Shown here: positions 38,918 through 48,415 of the stretch, piece after piece
How the letters are laid out: each line of letters starts with the position of its first letter
Numbering within the stretch: position 1 is the stretch's first letter
NCBI GenBank assembly: GCA_023228045.1
Contig: JALOBY010000001.1
Coordinates: forward strand, 32,966 to 96,965
DNA: 64,000 nucleotides
Direction: 5' to 3'
DNA from: Endomicrobiales bacterium
GTDB taxonomy: Bacteria > Elusimicrobiota > Endomicrobiia > Endomicrobiales > JALOBY01
Translations under genes and position numbers: made by a program
Notes under the pieces: generated by a model
Told to the model about the DNA's origin: nothing
The model's input: the letters and a program-made list of their open reading frames with translations, nothing else
Database searches by the model: none

Positions 38918-39606
38918 TTAGTCCCAATATTAGCACCAGATAAAACTTTTAAAAGGTTGCCCTTTTTATGGAAATTAAAAACATATATTGGCATTTTGTT
39001 GTCACGGCAAAGCGCAAAAGCCGAGATATCCATAACCTTAAGGTTTTTTTCAATTGCATCGGCAAAAGAAAGCGTTGAAAACATTTTCGCGTTTGGCGTT
39101 GTTTTTGGATCCGCCGAATACACACCATTCACTTGAGTTGCCTTTAGCACGCAATCGGCTTTTAGTTCAACTGCACGCAAAGCCGCGGTTGTATCGGTTG
39201 TAAAATATGGGTTCCCGGTTCCACCGGCAAGCAAAACCACATAACCGTCTTTAAGATATTCAATTGCTTTTTTCGGACTATATCGCTCAACAATTTGTGT
39301 TGCATCAATTGCCGAAAGAACCACAGCTTTAACACCTGCACTTGCAAGTGCTTCACGCATAGCAATAGCATTCATAACTGTTGCAAGCATTCCAATGTAA
39401 TCAGCGGCTACACGGTTCATTTCTTTTCCCGCGCCACGCCAAATGTTTCCACCGCCAAGCACTATAGCAACTTCAACACCCTTTTTTACAGCAGGCAAAA
39501 TTTCTTGAACACTTTTTTTAAGACCGTTTGTTGTTATGCCAAACACACCGTCGCCAGCAAGCGCCTCGCCTGAGAGTTTAAGTAAAACCCTTTTTAGTGT
39601 TTTCAT
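38905..39606 (-). CDS. pyrH: UMP kinase
   Basis: Start moved to MKTLKRVLLKLSGEAL. Contains GGGNIWRG. The last 3 codons plus stop lie inside the basal stem of repeat X. Confidence 0.9.
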   Translation of the reverse strand: MKTLKRVLLKLSGEALAGDGVFGITTNGLKKSVQEILPAVKKGVEVAIVLGGGNIWRGAGKEMNRVAADYIGMLATVMNAIAMREALASAGVKAVVLSAIDATQIVERYSPKKAIEYLKDGYVVLLAGGTGNPYFTTDTTAALRAVELKADCVLKATQVNGVYSADPKTTPNAKMFSTLSFADAIEKNLKVMDISAFALCRDNKMPIYVFNFHKKGNLLKVLSGANIGTKVQP

Positions 39607-39634
39607 AATTTCACCATTTAACTTAAAAGAATTG

Positions 39635-40234
39635 TTATTCTTCGCCAACTTTAAAACGAGCAAAACGACGAATTACCATATTTTCACCAATCTTGCCAAT
39701 AAGTGCGTTTAACATATCTTTAACTTTTTCTTTACCAGCGGCATCTCTAATATAAATTTGATCCATTAAACAAACTTCCGAGTAAAACTTCTCTAACTTA
39801 CCAATCAGTATCTTTTCTATAATATTCGCAGGTTTGCCCTCTTCTTTTAATTGAACTGTATATATCTTTTTTTCTTTTTCAACTATTTCTGATGGAACCT
39901 CTTCCCTTCTAACATACTGAGGGCTTGCAGCCGCAATTTGCATTGCTACTTCTTTTACGAAATTTTGAAAATCTTCTGTTTTTGCAACAAAGTCAGTTTC
40001 ACAATTCACTTCCACAAGCACGCCAAGCTTACCGCCGGAGTGTATATATGAGTATACAAGTCCCTGGTTTGCCTTTCTTTCTGCTTTTTTTACGGCAGAT
40101 GCAATGCCCTTTTCACGCAGCCACTGCACCGCTTTTTCTATATCGTCGCCGCTTTCTTTTAGTGCCACTTTACAATCAACAACACCAGCACCGGTCATAG
40201 ACCGTAGTTTTGATATTTGTTCCATTGAACTCAT
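39635..40234 (-). CDS. tsf: translation elongation factor Ts
   Basis: [19 protein letters not shown]-like N-terminus. 199 aa short form. Confidence 0.9.
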   Translation of the reverse strand: MSSMEQISKLRSMTGAGVVDCKVALKESGDDIEKAVQWLREKGIASAVKKAERKANQGLVYSYIHSGGKLGVLVEVNCETDFVAKTEDFQNFVKEVAMQIAAASPQYVRREEVPSEIVEKEKKIYTVQLKEEGKPANIIEKILIGKLEKFYSEVCLMDQIYIRDAAGKEKVKDMLNALIGKIGENMVIRRFARFKVGEE

Positions 40235-41016
40235 TTTCCTACCTCGCTTTCAATTGTTTTATTAATATTAGCATCCGCGGTTACAACATTTGTTTCTTTT
40301 GACTCATCTGCTACTTCATCTGTTGTTTTAGCTACCATATCCTTACCTTCTAATACAGCATCTGCTACTATTGAACAGAACAGTTTTACTGCCCTTATTG
40401 CATCGTCATTACCTGGAACTGGGTGATCAATATCATCAGGGTTGCAGTTTGTATCGCAAACAGCAACAATTGGAATGCCAAGTTTTCTCGCTTCAGCTAT
40501 TGCGGTATGTTCTTCAACAGGGTCAATTATAAAAACCAAGCCCGGCAACGACTTCATATCTTTTATACCTTCAAGAGATTTATGAAGTTTGGCGCGTTCT
40601 TTTTCAAGTTTTGAGAGTTCTTTTTTTGAAAGCACGGCAAAAATACCGTCGGCCTTCATTCTGTCAAGCTGGTTTAAACGGCCAATAGATTTTTTTAGGG
40701 TTTCAAAGTTTGTTAGTGTACCGCCAAGCCATCTGTCACAAACAAAAAAAGCACCGCAACGAACAGCCTCTTCTTTTAATGGAATTTGCGCTTGTTTTTT
40801 TGTACCAACAAATAGAATTTCTTTTTTTTCAGAGACGGCATCGCGGACATATTTGTAGGCTTTTTTGAGTTCTTTTACGGTTTTCTGCAGGTCAATGATG
40901 TGGATTTTGTTTCTTGTGCCGAAAATGTACTTCGCCATTTTCGGGTTCCATCTTCTGGTCTGATGACCAAAGTGTACGCCTGCCTCAAGCAGGGCCTTCA
41001 TTGTGATATTGGACAT
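40231..41016 (-). CDS. rpsB: 30S ribosomal protein S2
   Basis: [19 protein letters not shown] at the N-terminus. Confidence 0.95.
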   Translation of the reverse strand: MSNITMKALLEAGVHFGHQTRRWNPKMAKYIFGTRNKIHIIDLQKTVKELKKAYKYVRDAVSEKKEILFVGTKKQAQIPLKEEAVRCGAFFVCDRWLGGTLTNFETLKKSIGRLNQLDRMKADGIFAVLSKKELSKLEKERAKLHKSLEGIKDMKSLPGLVFIIDPVEEHTAIAEARKLGIPIVAVCDTNCNPDDIDHPVPGNDDAIRAVKLFCSIVADAVLEGKDMVAKTTDEVADESKETNVVTADANINKTIESEVGK

Positions 41017-41162
41017 TAATATGTCCTCCTTTTGGTTTTTTCCGGCCTTAGCCGGACCCCCGCAAATTGCGAGGGACTTCCACCCCGTTGCACTTACCCC
41101 AGCCCACCAATATGATGGGACCCTGGAGAAAACCCGAGGTGTGTTTATTTTTACAAATAAAC
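41017..41162 (-). promoter_or_regulatory. structured GC-rich 5' leader of rpsB-tsf
   Basis: Minus-strand hairpins: GTTTATTT-GTAA-AAATAAAC, CCCATC-ATATT-GGTGGG (flanked by CCAG/CTGG), CCCTCGC-AATTT-GCGGGGG and TCCGGC-TAAG-GCCGGA. These are followed by AAAAAACCAAAAGGAGG-N9-ATG. Confidence 0.5.
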
Positions 41163-41319
41163 TAAATCTACAAAAAACTGTGTAAATTCTGGTTGATGTT
41201 ACAAAATTAATTGATGAAATTCAAGCCTGATTTTGGCTACTACTTGCTGCTGAACTATCAAATAAGCTGAACAAATATAATTTAATGAACATAAGAGCAA
41301 TGCAGAAACTAATTACTTA

Positions 41320-41940
41320 CTACTGCCTTGAAACCATAAAAGAAAGACGCTCTATTTCAACTGTCATATCTATATGGCGCACTTTTACATCAGAAGGTAG
41401 CTTTAACTGCTTTGGGGCAAAGTTAAATATGGCTTTTACCCCTGATGCAACAACCTGTTCTGCGACTTCTTGGCAGACGCTCTCAGGCACAGTAAGTATA
41501 GCCATTTTTATTTGCTTTTCTTTTACAATGTCGGCAAGCTTACTCATTGGGTAAACAATTATACCAGATATGTTTTTTTCAATTTTTGATGAATCTTCAT
41601 CAAATGCCGCAACTATTTTAAAACCCTGTTCCAGAAAACCTTTATACCCCAAAAGCGCTTTGCCAAGGTTGCCAGCACCAACAAGCATTACATTCCAACT
41701 TTTATCCAACCCTAATATTTTTTTTAGAGATTTTTTTAGCTCTTCTACATTATATCCTTTGCCACGGTTACCAAAATGCCCGAAGTATGTAAAATCCCTT
41801 CTTATTTGTGTATCAGTAAAACCAGTTTCAGCCGAAAGCTCTCTTGACGAAACCCAAGGTTTATCGTCAAACTCCCTTAGAATTCTGTAGTAACGCGAAA
41901 GACGAGGAACAACCCTTGTTGGTATTTTTTGTTTTTCCAT
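41320..41940 (-). CDS. rex: redox-sensing transcriptional repressor Rex
   Basis: Start moved to MEKQKIPTRVVPRLSRYYR (Rex wHTH). Rossmann motif VMLVGAGNLGKAL. Confidence 0.8.
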   Translation of the reverse strand: MEKQKIPTRVVPRLSRYYRILREFDDKPWVSSRELSAETGFTDTQIRRDFTYFGHFGNRGKGYNVEELKKSLKKILGLDKSWNVMLVGAGNLGKALLGYKGFLEQGFKIVAAFDEDSSKIEKNISGIIVYPMSKLADIVKEKQIKMAILTVPESVCQEVAEQVVASGVKAIFNFAPKQLKLPSDVKVRHIDMTVEIERLSFMVSRQ

Positions 41941-41952
41941 AAATTTATTTTT

Positions 41953-41981
41953 CACTGAAAATGGGCAGGAGTTTTTCAGTG
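41953..41981. promoter_or_regulatory. perfect 9-bp inverted repeat immediately upstream of rex
   Basis: CACTGAAAA-N11-TTTTCAGTG, ending 12 nt before the rex ATG. No flanking U-tract on either strand. Confidence 0.35.
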
Positions 41982-41990
41982 CCCCCCTAA

Positions 41991-42629
41991 CTAGTAACCA
42001 AGTTCCTGAGCTACAAGCAACACGAAATACTGTGTGTAAGCTGGCTTTTTTGAAAGCACAACTTTTATGTTGCATATTCTATCACTACTGTTGCAATCTG
42101 AGCAAATGCCGCTTTGCGCGCATGGTGTTTTAAGCTTTAAGCGCACCGCATTTGCTGGGCCTGCAACAAGGCGTACACGTTCAAATGCGGCCTCTTCGTT
42201 TTGAACAATTTTATTTATGCCTGCAACCGCAATAACTTTTTGTGGCCCGAATGTCATACCACCAACCCTATTGCCAATTTTATCTACAAATACAAGTTTA
42301 CCATCTGTTGTTACAGCATTTGGGCTGCCTATAAACACATTGGCAAGCAGGGCTTTGCGCCTTGTTTCAATCATTTCTTCAAAAGACATTTCATGAGTGC
42401 TTACAATTATATTATTTCCTCGTTCTTTTAATGTTTGCAAAATACCCATTTCACCCAGCGTCATAGAACCACCACTGCCTACGCTTTCAGTCGGGTGAAC
42501 TAATTCTAATATTTTTGCTGTTGCAGCTGCGGCATTTTCAAAAATAAACACTGTAAAGTTGTTTTTTTCAAGTGCCTTCACAGTTGAGTTTAATAAATTT
42601 TGGCTTTGTATAATAAGATTTTTGTCCAT
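41991..42629 (-). CDS. LUD-domain (lactate-utilisation LutC/YkgG-like) protein
   Basis: 212 aa with a general LUD pattern (IGSPNAVTTDGKLVF...AGINKIV). Assignment by resemblance only. Confidence 0.5.
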   Translation of the reverse strand: MDKNLIIQSQNLLNSTVKALEKNNFTVFIFENAAAATAKILELVHPTESVGSGGSMTLGEMGILQTLKERGNNIIVSTHEMSFEEMIETRRKALLANVFIGSPNAVTTDGKLVFVDKIGNRVGGMTFGPQKVIAVAGINKIVQNEEAAFERVRLVAGPANAVRLKLKTPCAQSGICSDCNSSDRICNIKVVLSKKPAYTQYFVLLVAQELGY

Positions 42630-42637
42630 AATTTTAC

Positions 42638-43264
42638 CTAAATAATTCTTACAACTTCATTTATAGGTTTGCGTTTTGTTGGTTTTACAATATCTTTAGC
42701 ACGACCAATTGGAACCAGCGCAAAAAGCTCATCAGGCGAAGAAATTTCAAGCATGCCTTCCAACTCTTTTTTTGCAATTAGCGGACCGCTCATCCAGCAA
42801 CTGCCATAACCCATACTGTGAGCACAAAGCAACATATTTTCTATTGCTGCACTAACACCTTGCTCACCCGCAGTAGATATATACTCTTCTTCAACACCAT
42901 ACCTTTTAAACATTCTTTGAATTAAAGAATCGTAAGGTTTTTTTATAACAGCAACAACAACCGGTGCACTCGCGAAAAACCCAAAGTAATTTGCATAGTC
43001 GTTAAATGATTTAAGTGCGGATGCAGAATTTATATTACTTACAACAGATACCAACTTATCTTTTACAACTGAAAACATTTTATTTTTTACTTCATTATTA
43101 GTGACTGCAATAAAACCCCAATTTTGATTATTCCCACCCGATGGCGCCCAAGTTGCGGACTCTAAAATAGTTAAAATATCGCTATTGCTTATAGGTTCAT
43201 TGCTAAAACTTCTAACACTTCGTCTATTTTTTATTGCATCAATAACATTATTTAATTCTGACAC
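42638..43264 (-). CDS. nitroreductase family protein
   Basis: IKNRRSVRSF..APSGGNNQNW N-terminal signature. Confidence 0.75.
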   Translation of the reverse strand: MSELNNVIDAIKNRRSVRSFSNEPISNSDILTILESATWAPSGGNNQNWGFIAVTNNEVKNKMFSVVKDKLVSVVSNINSASALKSFNDYANYFGFFASAPVVVAVIKKPYDSLIQRMFKRYGVEEEYISTAGEQGVSAAIENMLLCAHSMGYGSCWMSGPLIAKKELEGMLEISSPDELFALVPIGRAKDIVKPTKRKPINEVVRII

Positions 43265-44201
43265 TTACATCTCCAGAGAGAAATTTTGAAACTGTTCCAT
43301 TTTGTTTGACTAAAAGCCGACCGTAAGAATCTATGCCTACAGCTTTGCCAAAATACTCGCTATCTAAAGATGCAACTTTTACATTTTTATTTATTAGATA
43401 TGAGAGCGCATTGTAATTCTCTTTCATACCAACAAAACCATCTTTTAAAAATTGTGAGTATGCTTTCTCAAACTCAAGTAAAACTTCTCGCAAAACTTCT
43501 ATTCGCGAAACCGTGGCACCTTTTTCTAAAGAAAGTGTTGTGGATGTATTTAATAGCTCAAACGGTAAAAGATTGTTTATATTTAAACCAATACCAAGTG
43601 CAACCCAACGAACCATATCGGCTTCAGCAGCCGTTTCTACAAGTATGCCACAAACTTTTTTACCCGAAATAAATATATCATTTGGCCATTTAATTTGTGC
43701 GCTAAAACCAAGATTTATCAATGCTTGCGCAACACTAAGAGATGCCACCAGCGATATCTGCGCGACATTTTGTAACAACATTTTAGGCTTCAAAAGTAAA
43801 CTAAACCATAACCCACCCGACGATGCGTGCCACTTTCTTGCCATTCTGCCATAAGCACTATTTTGTTCACAACCAATTATCAATGTACCGTCAGAATATA
43901 CATCCGCATTTTTCTTTGCCTGTATTTGAGTGCTGTTGGTTTTATTTAAGAAAATTGTTTTTTTAATCAATGAACATTGGCTAAGCGATAGCAGTGTACT
44001 TTGTGCACTAAACTCATCTGATGAAACACTTAATATTTTATAACCAAGATTTTTTACACCATCTATACAATAACCACTGCGCCTAAGCTTATTTATTTGC
44101 TTGTTTATTGCGGCACGAGATACTTTTAGTTTTTTTGCAAGGGTTTGGCCCGAAATATAGTTGTTTTCAGACAGGAGTTCTAATACATTCATTTTTTGCA
44201 T
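43248..44201 (-). CDS. birA: bifunctional biotin--[acetyl-CoA-carboxylase] ligase / repressor BirA
   Basis: N-terminal HTH (ISGQTLAKKLKVSRAAINKQINKLR) and the ligase core GRMARKW..GGLWFS. An alternative start at 44192 gives an ATGA overlap with the nadC stop. Confidence 0.85.
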   Translation of the reverse strand: MQKMNVLELLSENNYISGQTLAKKLKVSRAAINKQINKLRRSGYCIDGVKNLGYKILSVSSDEFSAQSTLLSLSQCSLIKKTIFLNKTNSTQIQAKKNADVYSDGTLIIGCEQNSAYGRMARKWHASSGGLWFSLLLKPKMLLQNVAQISLVASLSVAQALINLGFSAQIKWPNDIFISGKKVCGILVETAAEADMVRWVALGIGLNINNLLPFELLNTSTTLSLEKGATVSRIEVLREVLLEFEKAYSQFLKDGFVGMKENYNALSYLINKNVKVASLDSEYFGKAVGIDSYGRLLVKQNGTVSKFLSGDVSVRIK

Positions 44202-45070
44202 TCTATTTCTAACGAGATATCTGCCGCGGCGGCTGAGTGGGTAAGTGCCCCTACTGATATGAAATCTGGACCAAGTGCGGCAAGGTTGCGTACTGTTTTT
44301 AATGAAACCCCGCCTGAAATTTCTATTTTAGGCCTATTGGTTTTTCCTAACACTTTTATAGTTTTTATGGCTGTTTTAAGCATTTTTATATTCATATTAT
44401 CAAGCATAATCACATCAGCTTTAGATTTGATGGCTGCTAATACTTGCAAGTGGGTTTCGCACTCCACTTCTATTTGTATTTTTGGTTTGCGTTTTCTTAT
44501 TTTTGCAATAGCCGTGCTAATACCTTCTCCCGCACCGTTTGTATTTCCAGAAAGCTCAATGTGATTGTCTTTAAGCATTGCCATTTGAGCAAGATCCATA
44601 CGGTGGTTTTGAGCACCACCACAGCGGACAGCATACTTTTCAAGCAAACGCAGTCCCGGAATAGTTTTTCTGGTGTCTAGAATTATTGTTCCACTACCCT
44701 TTATGGCATTGACATAGCTTGCAGTAAGTGTTGCAACACCTGATAAGTGCTGTATGAAGTTGAGGGCTGTTCTTTCTGCGGATAATATTGAACGGACAGA
44801 AGCTGTTAACTTTAATATAACCTCTCCGGCTTTTGCCAATTTACCATCTGGTATTAGAAATTGAAATTTTGCTTTCGGGTCTAACTCAAGAATTGTCTGA
44901 GCAAAAACATCGCAACCGCAAACTACGCATGCAGTTTTTGCAAGCAACGAGGCGCCAACTATTTTTCTGGCAGGAACAACCGAGAGGGTTGTTATGTCTG
45001 AGAAAGCGGCATCTTCTTTAAGTGCCGCAATTATTGTTTTTATTGTAATATTTAGCAATTCTTTATTCAT
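44189..45070 (-). CDS. nadC: nicotinate-nucleotide diphosphorylase (carboxylating)
   Basis: ERTALNFIQHLSGVAT, LDTRKTIPGLR and MLDNM motifs. Confidence 0.9.
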   Translation of the reverse strand: MNKELLNITIKTIIAALKEDAAFSDITTLSVVPARKIVGASLLAKTACVVCGCDVFAQTILELDPKAKFQFLIPDGKLAKAGEVILKLTASVRSILSAERTALNFIQHLSGVATLTASYVNAIKGSGTIILDTRKTIPGLRLLEKYAVRCGGAQNHRMDLAQMAMLKDNHIELSGNTNGAGEGISTAIAKIRKRKPKIQIEVECETHLQVLAAIKSKADVIMLDNMNIKMLKTAIKTIKVLGKTNRPKIEISGGVSLKTVRNLAALGPDFISVGALTHSAAAADISLEIECKK

Positions 45071-45127
45071 TTGCCGCTTATATTACAAAAAACCGAGTAA
45101 TTATTAAAGTTTTACTATGAGGCTCAA

Positions 45128-45799
45128 TTATTTCTTTTCATTTGTGTGGTGCTTAATAACTGTTCCGGAAACAATAAATAGTACTTCTTCGCAAATATTT
45201 GTAGATAAGTCGGCTATTCTTTCAAGGTTGGCAAATATGCGCATAATGTGCAATGCTCGTTCTATAGTTGAAGCATCAGAAACCATAATTGTTATAAGTT
45301 CACGGGTGCTTTGGTCTTTAAGCTCATCAACCTCTGTGTCGGATAAACAAACTGATCTGGCAAGAGAGACATCATTATTTACAAAAGCTTTAATACTGTC
45401 GTGTACCATTCCTGTTACAATTTTTGCCATTCTTGGAGTATCAATTAGTGGTTTTACGGAAGGACGGCCTACAAGGAACTGGGCGCTCTCAGAAATATTT
45501 ACAGCATGGTCACCCATTCTTTCTAAGTCAGTGTTCATTTTCATAACCATTAAAACTATGCGCAAATCGATAGCTTTTGGTTCGTACTGGGCTATTACAG
45601 TCGTGCAGGCCTCATCAATCGCAAGTTCAAAAAAATTTGCTTTTGGCTCTAATACATCAATTACTTCTTTTAACAACGACTCATTGCGTGTAAGCAAACC
45701 ATTAATGCTTTTTTCTATCATTTCCTCAACAAAACCAGCAAACTCTGTAATTTGTTTTTTCAATTCTGTAATTTTTTCTTGATACATTTCTTCCCCCAA
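45128..45799 (-). CDS. phoU: phosphate signalling complex protein PhoU
   Basis: Two PhoU repeats (LERMGDHAVNI / LERIADLSTNI). Directly after pstB. Confidence 0.88.
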   Translation of the reverse strand: MGEEMYQEKITELKKQITEFAGFVEEMIEKSINGLLTRNESLLKEVIDVLEPKANFFELAIDEACTTVIAQYEPKAIDLRIVLMVMKMNTDLERMGDHAVNISESAQFLVGRPSVKPLIDTPRMAKIVTGMVHDSIKAFVNNDVSLARSVCLSDTEVDELKDQSTRELITIMVSDASTIERALHIMRIFANLERIADLSTNICEEVLFIVSGTVIKHHTNEKK

Positions 45800-45821
45800 T
45801 TAAAGCTTATTTTTATTTTAA

Positions 45822-46592
45822 TTACCCAAATTTGCCAGTAATGTAATCTTCGGTGCGTTTATCGCGTGGCACGGTAAATATTTTTTCTGTTCTATCAAAT
45901 TCTATTAACTCCCCCATATAAAGAAATGCCGTTTGGTCTGAAATTCTTGCCGCCTGCTGCATATTGTGGGTTACAATTATTATTGTGTACTCTTTTTTTA
46001 ATTCAAGCATCAACTCTTCAATTTTTTTGGTTGATATTGGGTCCAAACTTGCGCACGGCTCGTCAAATAAAATTACCTCTGGCTCTACCGCAAGACACCG
46101 CGCTATACATAAGCGCTGTTGCTGACCTCCAGAAAGCCCTAATGCACTATCATGAAGCCTATCTTTTACCTCGTTCCAAAGAGCGGACTTTTGAAGTGAC
46201 TCTTCTACTTTGTGCGCTATAAAGGATTTATCTTTTATCCCTTTTATTTCAAGGCCATAACTTAAGTTTTCAAATATAGTTTTTGGAAACGGGTTTGGCT
46301 TTTGAAAAACCATACCAACCATGCGCCGCAAATCTACAACATCAAAACTTTTGTCATAAATATCTTGACCATCAAGTGTTATTTTACCTTCAAAACGCGC
46401 GATTTGGACTAAATCATTCATTCTATTAAATAGGCGAATAAGTGTAGATTTTCCACAACCAGACGGGCCAATAAAAGCGGTTATATTATTTTTTAATATG
46501 TATATATTAATGTCGTTCAACGCTTTTTTGGCACCATAGAAGAAGTTGATGTTAGTAGCATTTATTCTTATTTTATTTTCTGTAGGTTTCAT
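45822..46592 (-). CDS. pstB: phosphate ABC transporter ATP-binding protein
   Basis: [22 protein letters not shown] and the PstB-typical C-terminus [10 protein letters not shown]. Confidence 0.95.
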   Translation of the reverse strand: MKPTENKIRINATNINFFYGAKKALNDINIYILKNNITAFIGPSGCGKSTLIRLFNRMNDLVQIARFEGKITLDGQDIYDKSFDVVDLRRMVGMVFQKPNPFPKTIFENLSYGLEIKGIKDKSFIAHKVEESLQKSALWNEVKDRLHDSALGLSGGQQQRLCIARCLAVEPEVILFDEPCASLDPISTKKIEELMLELKKEYTIIIVTHNMQQAARISDQTAFLYMGELIEFDRTEKIFTVPRDKRTEDYITGKFG

Positions 46593-46607
46593 TTTTTCCT
46601 CTAATTT

Positions 46608-47474
46608 TTAATGCACATAACTCTTTTTTTGTTTTTGCCGCATCATTATTGCTGTAGCGGAAACCAATAATACTAAAACCAACAGTATTAAAGAACATCC
46701 GTAAGCTATGGCAGTTTGCTTTTCAGGGTGAGACCCTTCCGCCATTAGAGCGTATATATGATATGGCAATGCCATTACCTCAGAAAATGGTGAATCAGGA
46801 TATCTGCGTGTATAAAATGTTGCGGCAGTAAATAAAATTGGTGCTGTTTCACCGGCAGCCCTGCCGATACTTAATATTACGCCTGTTAAAATACCTGGCC
46901 ACGCGCTTGGAATTACCACTTTTTTTATTGTTTGCCAATGAGTTGCGCCAAGTGCAAGTGATGCCTCTCTTAACGATTGAGGAACTGCAGTTAACGCTTC
47001 CTGCGCAACAGAAATTATGCCAGGCAAAATTAAAATTCCAAGTGTAAGCGCGCCTGAGAGTATTGAAATACCAAAACCAAAAAACTTAACGAATATTGCT
47101 AAACCAAAAAGTCCAAAAACTACAGAAGGAACACCAGCGAGGTTATTTATGCTCATTCTAATTAAATTTACAAACGCACCTCTTGGGCTGTACTCGCACA
47201 AATAAATTGCACAGGCAAGGCCAAGTGGTAAGGCAAAAAGAATTGCGCCAAGTGTTAAATAGAAAGTTCCAACTATTGCAGGTGCAACACCACCTGCAGT
47301 CATAAACTTTTTTGGAACAGCTGTTAAAAACTCAAAGCTTATAACACCAATACCCTTTGAAACTATAAAGTAAACAATTGTTACCAAGAAAAAAAGTGTA
47401 GTAATCAGACACAAATATAGAAAAATAAAACCTATGTTTTGCTTAATGGAATTTATAGTTTTTAAAGTTATCAT
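46608..47474 (-). CDS. pstA: phosphate ABC transporter permease PstA
   Basis: EAA-loop region LREASLALGATHWQT. Position in the operon. Confidence 0.9.
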   Translation of the reverse strand: MITLKTINSIKQNIGFIFLYLCLITTLFFLVTIVYFIVSKGIGVISFEFLTAVPKKFMTAGGVAPAIVGTFYLTLGAILFALPLGLACAIYLCEYSPRGAFVNLIRMSINNLAGVPSVVFGLFGLAIFVKFFGFGISILSGALTLGILILPGIISVAQEALTAVPQSLREASLALGATHWQTIKKVVIPSAWPGILTGVILSIGRAAGETAPILFTAATFYTRRYPDSPFSEVMALPYHIYALMAEGSHPEKQTAIAYGCSLILLVLVLLVSATAIMMRQKQKKSYVH

Positions 47475-48355
47475 CGGCTTAACCCAAGCTTGATACGGTA
47501 TTTTTTACTAATTATTTCAGCAACAATGTTTATAACAAAAGTTATTAAAAATAAAACAAGCCCTATGGCAAAAAGTGCATGATAATGAGGACTTCCTAGA
47601 ACCGCTTCACCCATTTCTGCGGCAATTGTTGAAGTCATTGGCCGCACTGGCTCAAAAAATGAAGTAGGTATAACAGCCGCGCCACCTGCAACCATTAAAA
47701 CAGTCATTGTTTCGCCTACTATTCTACTCATTCCAAGCATTAAAGCAGTTGAAATTCCAGAGCCGGCCGCGGGAACCACTACACGGGTAAGTGTTTGCCA
47801 ACGGTTTGCCCCAAGCGCAAATGATGCCTCTCTGAAAGAACGAGGCACATAGCTCAGTGCATCTTCGGTAATACTGCAAATTGTCGGTATTGCCATAATA
47901 CCAAGTATTAAGCTTGCGCTAAACGCGCAAAGGCCTGTTGGCAAATTTAATAGCTTTTGAATAAAAGGAGCAACAACTACCATGCCAAAAAAACCAAAAA
48001 CTATTGAAGGAACAGCGGCAAGCACCTCAATTAACGGTTTTAAAATTGATTTTTGATTAGAAGTCGCGATTTCATTTATAAATAAAGCAGAACCAATACC
48101 CAGAGGTACGCAAACAAACATAGCTCCGATAGCAATCCAAAAAGAAGCAAGTATTAACGGTAAAATGCCAAACTCGGCAGGGTCGTGCGTAGGGTACCAA
48201 AGTTGGCCAGTAATGAAACTTATAAAATCCACACTTTTCAACACAGGCAACCCTTGCCAGAAAAGCACAAAAATTATTCCAAGCAAAAAAAGCAATGACG
48301 AAAATGCAAGCGCGCTAAAAAGTATTTTATATATTTGTTCTTTTATTTTTATCAT
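47471..48355 (-). CDS. pstC: phosphate ABC transporter permease PstC
   Basis: FREASFALGANRWQT. Position in the operon. Confidence 0.9.
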   Translation of the reverse strand: MIKIKEQIYKILFSALAFSSLLFLLGIIFVLFWQGLPVLKSVDFISFITGQLWYPTHDPAEFGILPLILASFWIAIGAMFVCVPLGIGSALFINEIATSNQKSILKPLIEVLAAVPSIVFGFFGMVVVAPFIQKLLNLPTGLCAFSASLILGIMAIPTICSITEDALSYVPRSFREASFALGANRWQTLTRVVVPAAGSGISTALMLGMSRIVGETMTVLMVAGGAAVIPTSFFEPVRPMTSTIAAEMGEAVLGSPHYHALFAIGLVLFLITFVINIVAEIISKKYRIKLGLSR

Positions 48356-48367
48356 ATTTAAACCCTC

Positions 48368-48396
48368 GGGTAACAGCAGAATATCTGCTGTTACCC
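48368..48396 (-). promoter_or_regulatory. pstS-pstC intercistronic 12-bp perfect hairpin
   Basis: GGGTAACAGCAG-5 nt-CTGCTGTTACCC, followed on the minus strand by GAGGGTTTAAAT-ATG (pstC SD and start). No U-tract. Confidence 0.6.
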
Positions 48397-48415
48397 TAAG
48401 TTCCTTAAGCGCAGG

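Noticed and set aside
38709-38936. ORF (75 aa) sharing FGIRQKIWDIFF.K.LANGITIR.NFC..SISF.SVLKPIAK with the plus-strand ORF 57105..57383 (92 aa). This looks like a conserved small protein.
   Set aside because: The similarity is nucleotide-level repeat identity, as the two loci are inverted copies of the X hairpin. By my count substitutions run about 9 non-synonymous to 5 synonymous. The N-termini differ and lack an SD. One ORF starts inside pyrH in another frame and the other is antisense to the dcw operon.
45117-45782. 221-aa plus-strand ORF spanning the whole phoU locus. Similar long plus-strand ORFs lie at 25347..25922, 34122..34742 and 29531..30217.
   Set aside because: Each is antisense to a confidently identified gene (phoU, nusA, rseP, TPR protein). 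The sequences are low-complexity Ser/Phe/Ile-rich products typical of antisense frames in AT-rich DNA.
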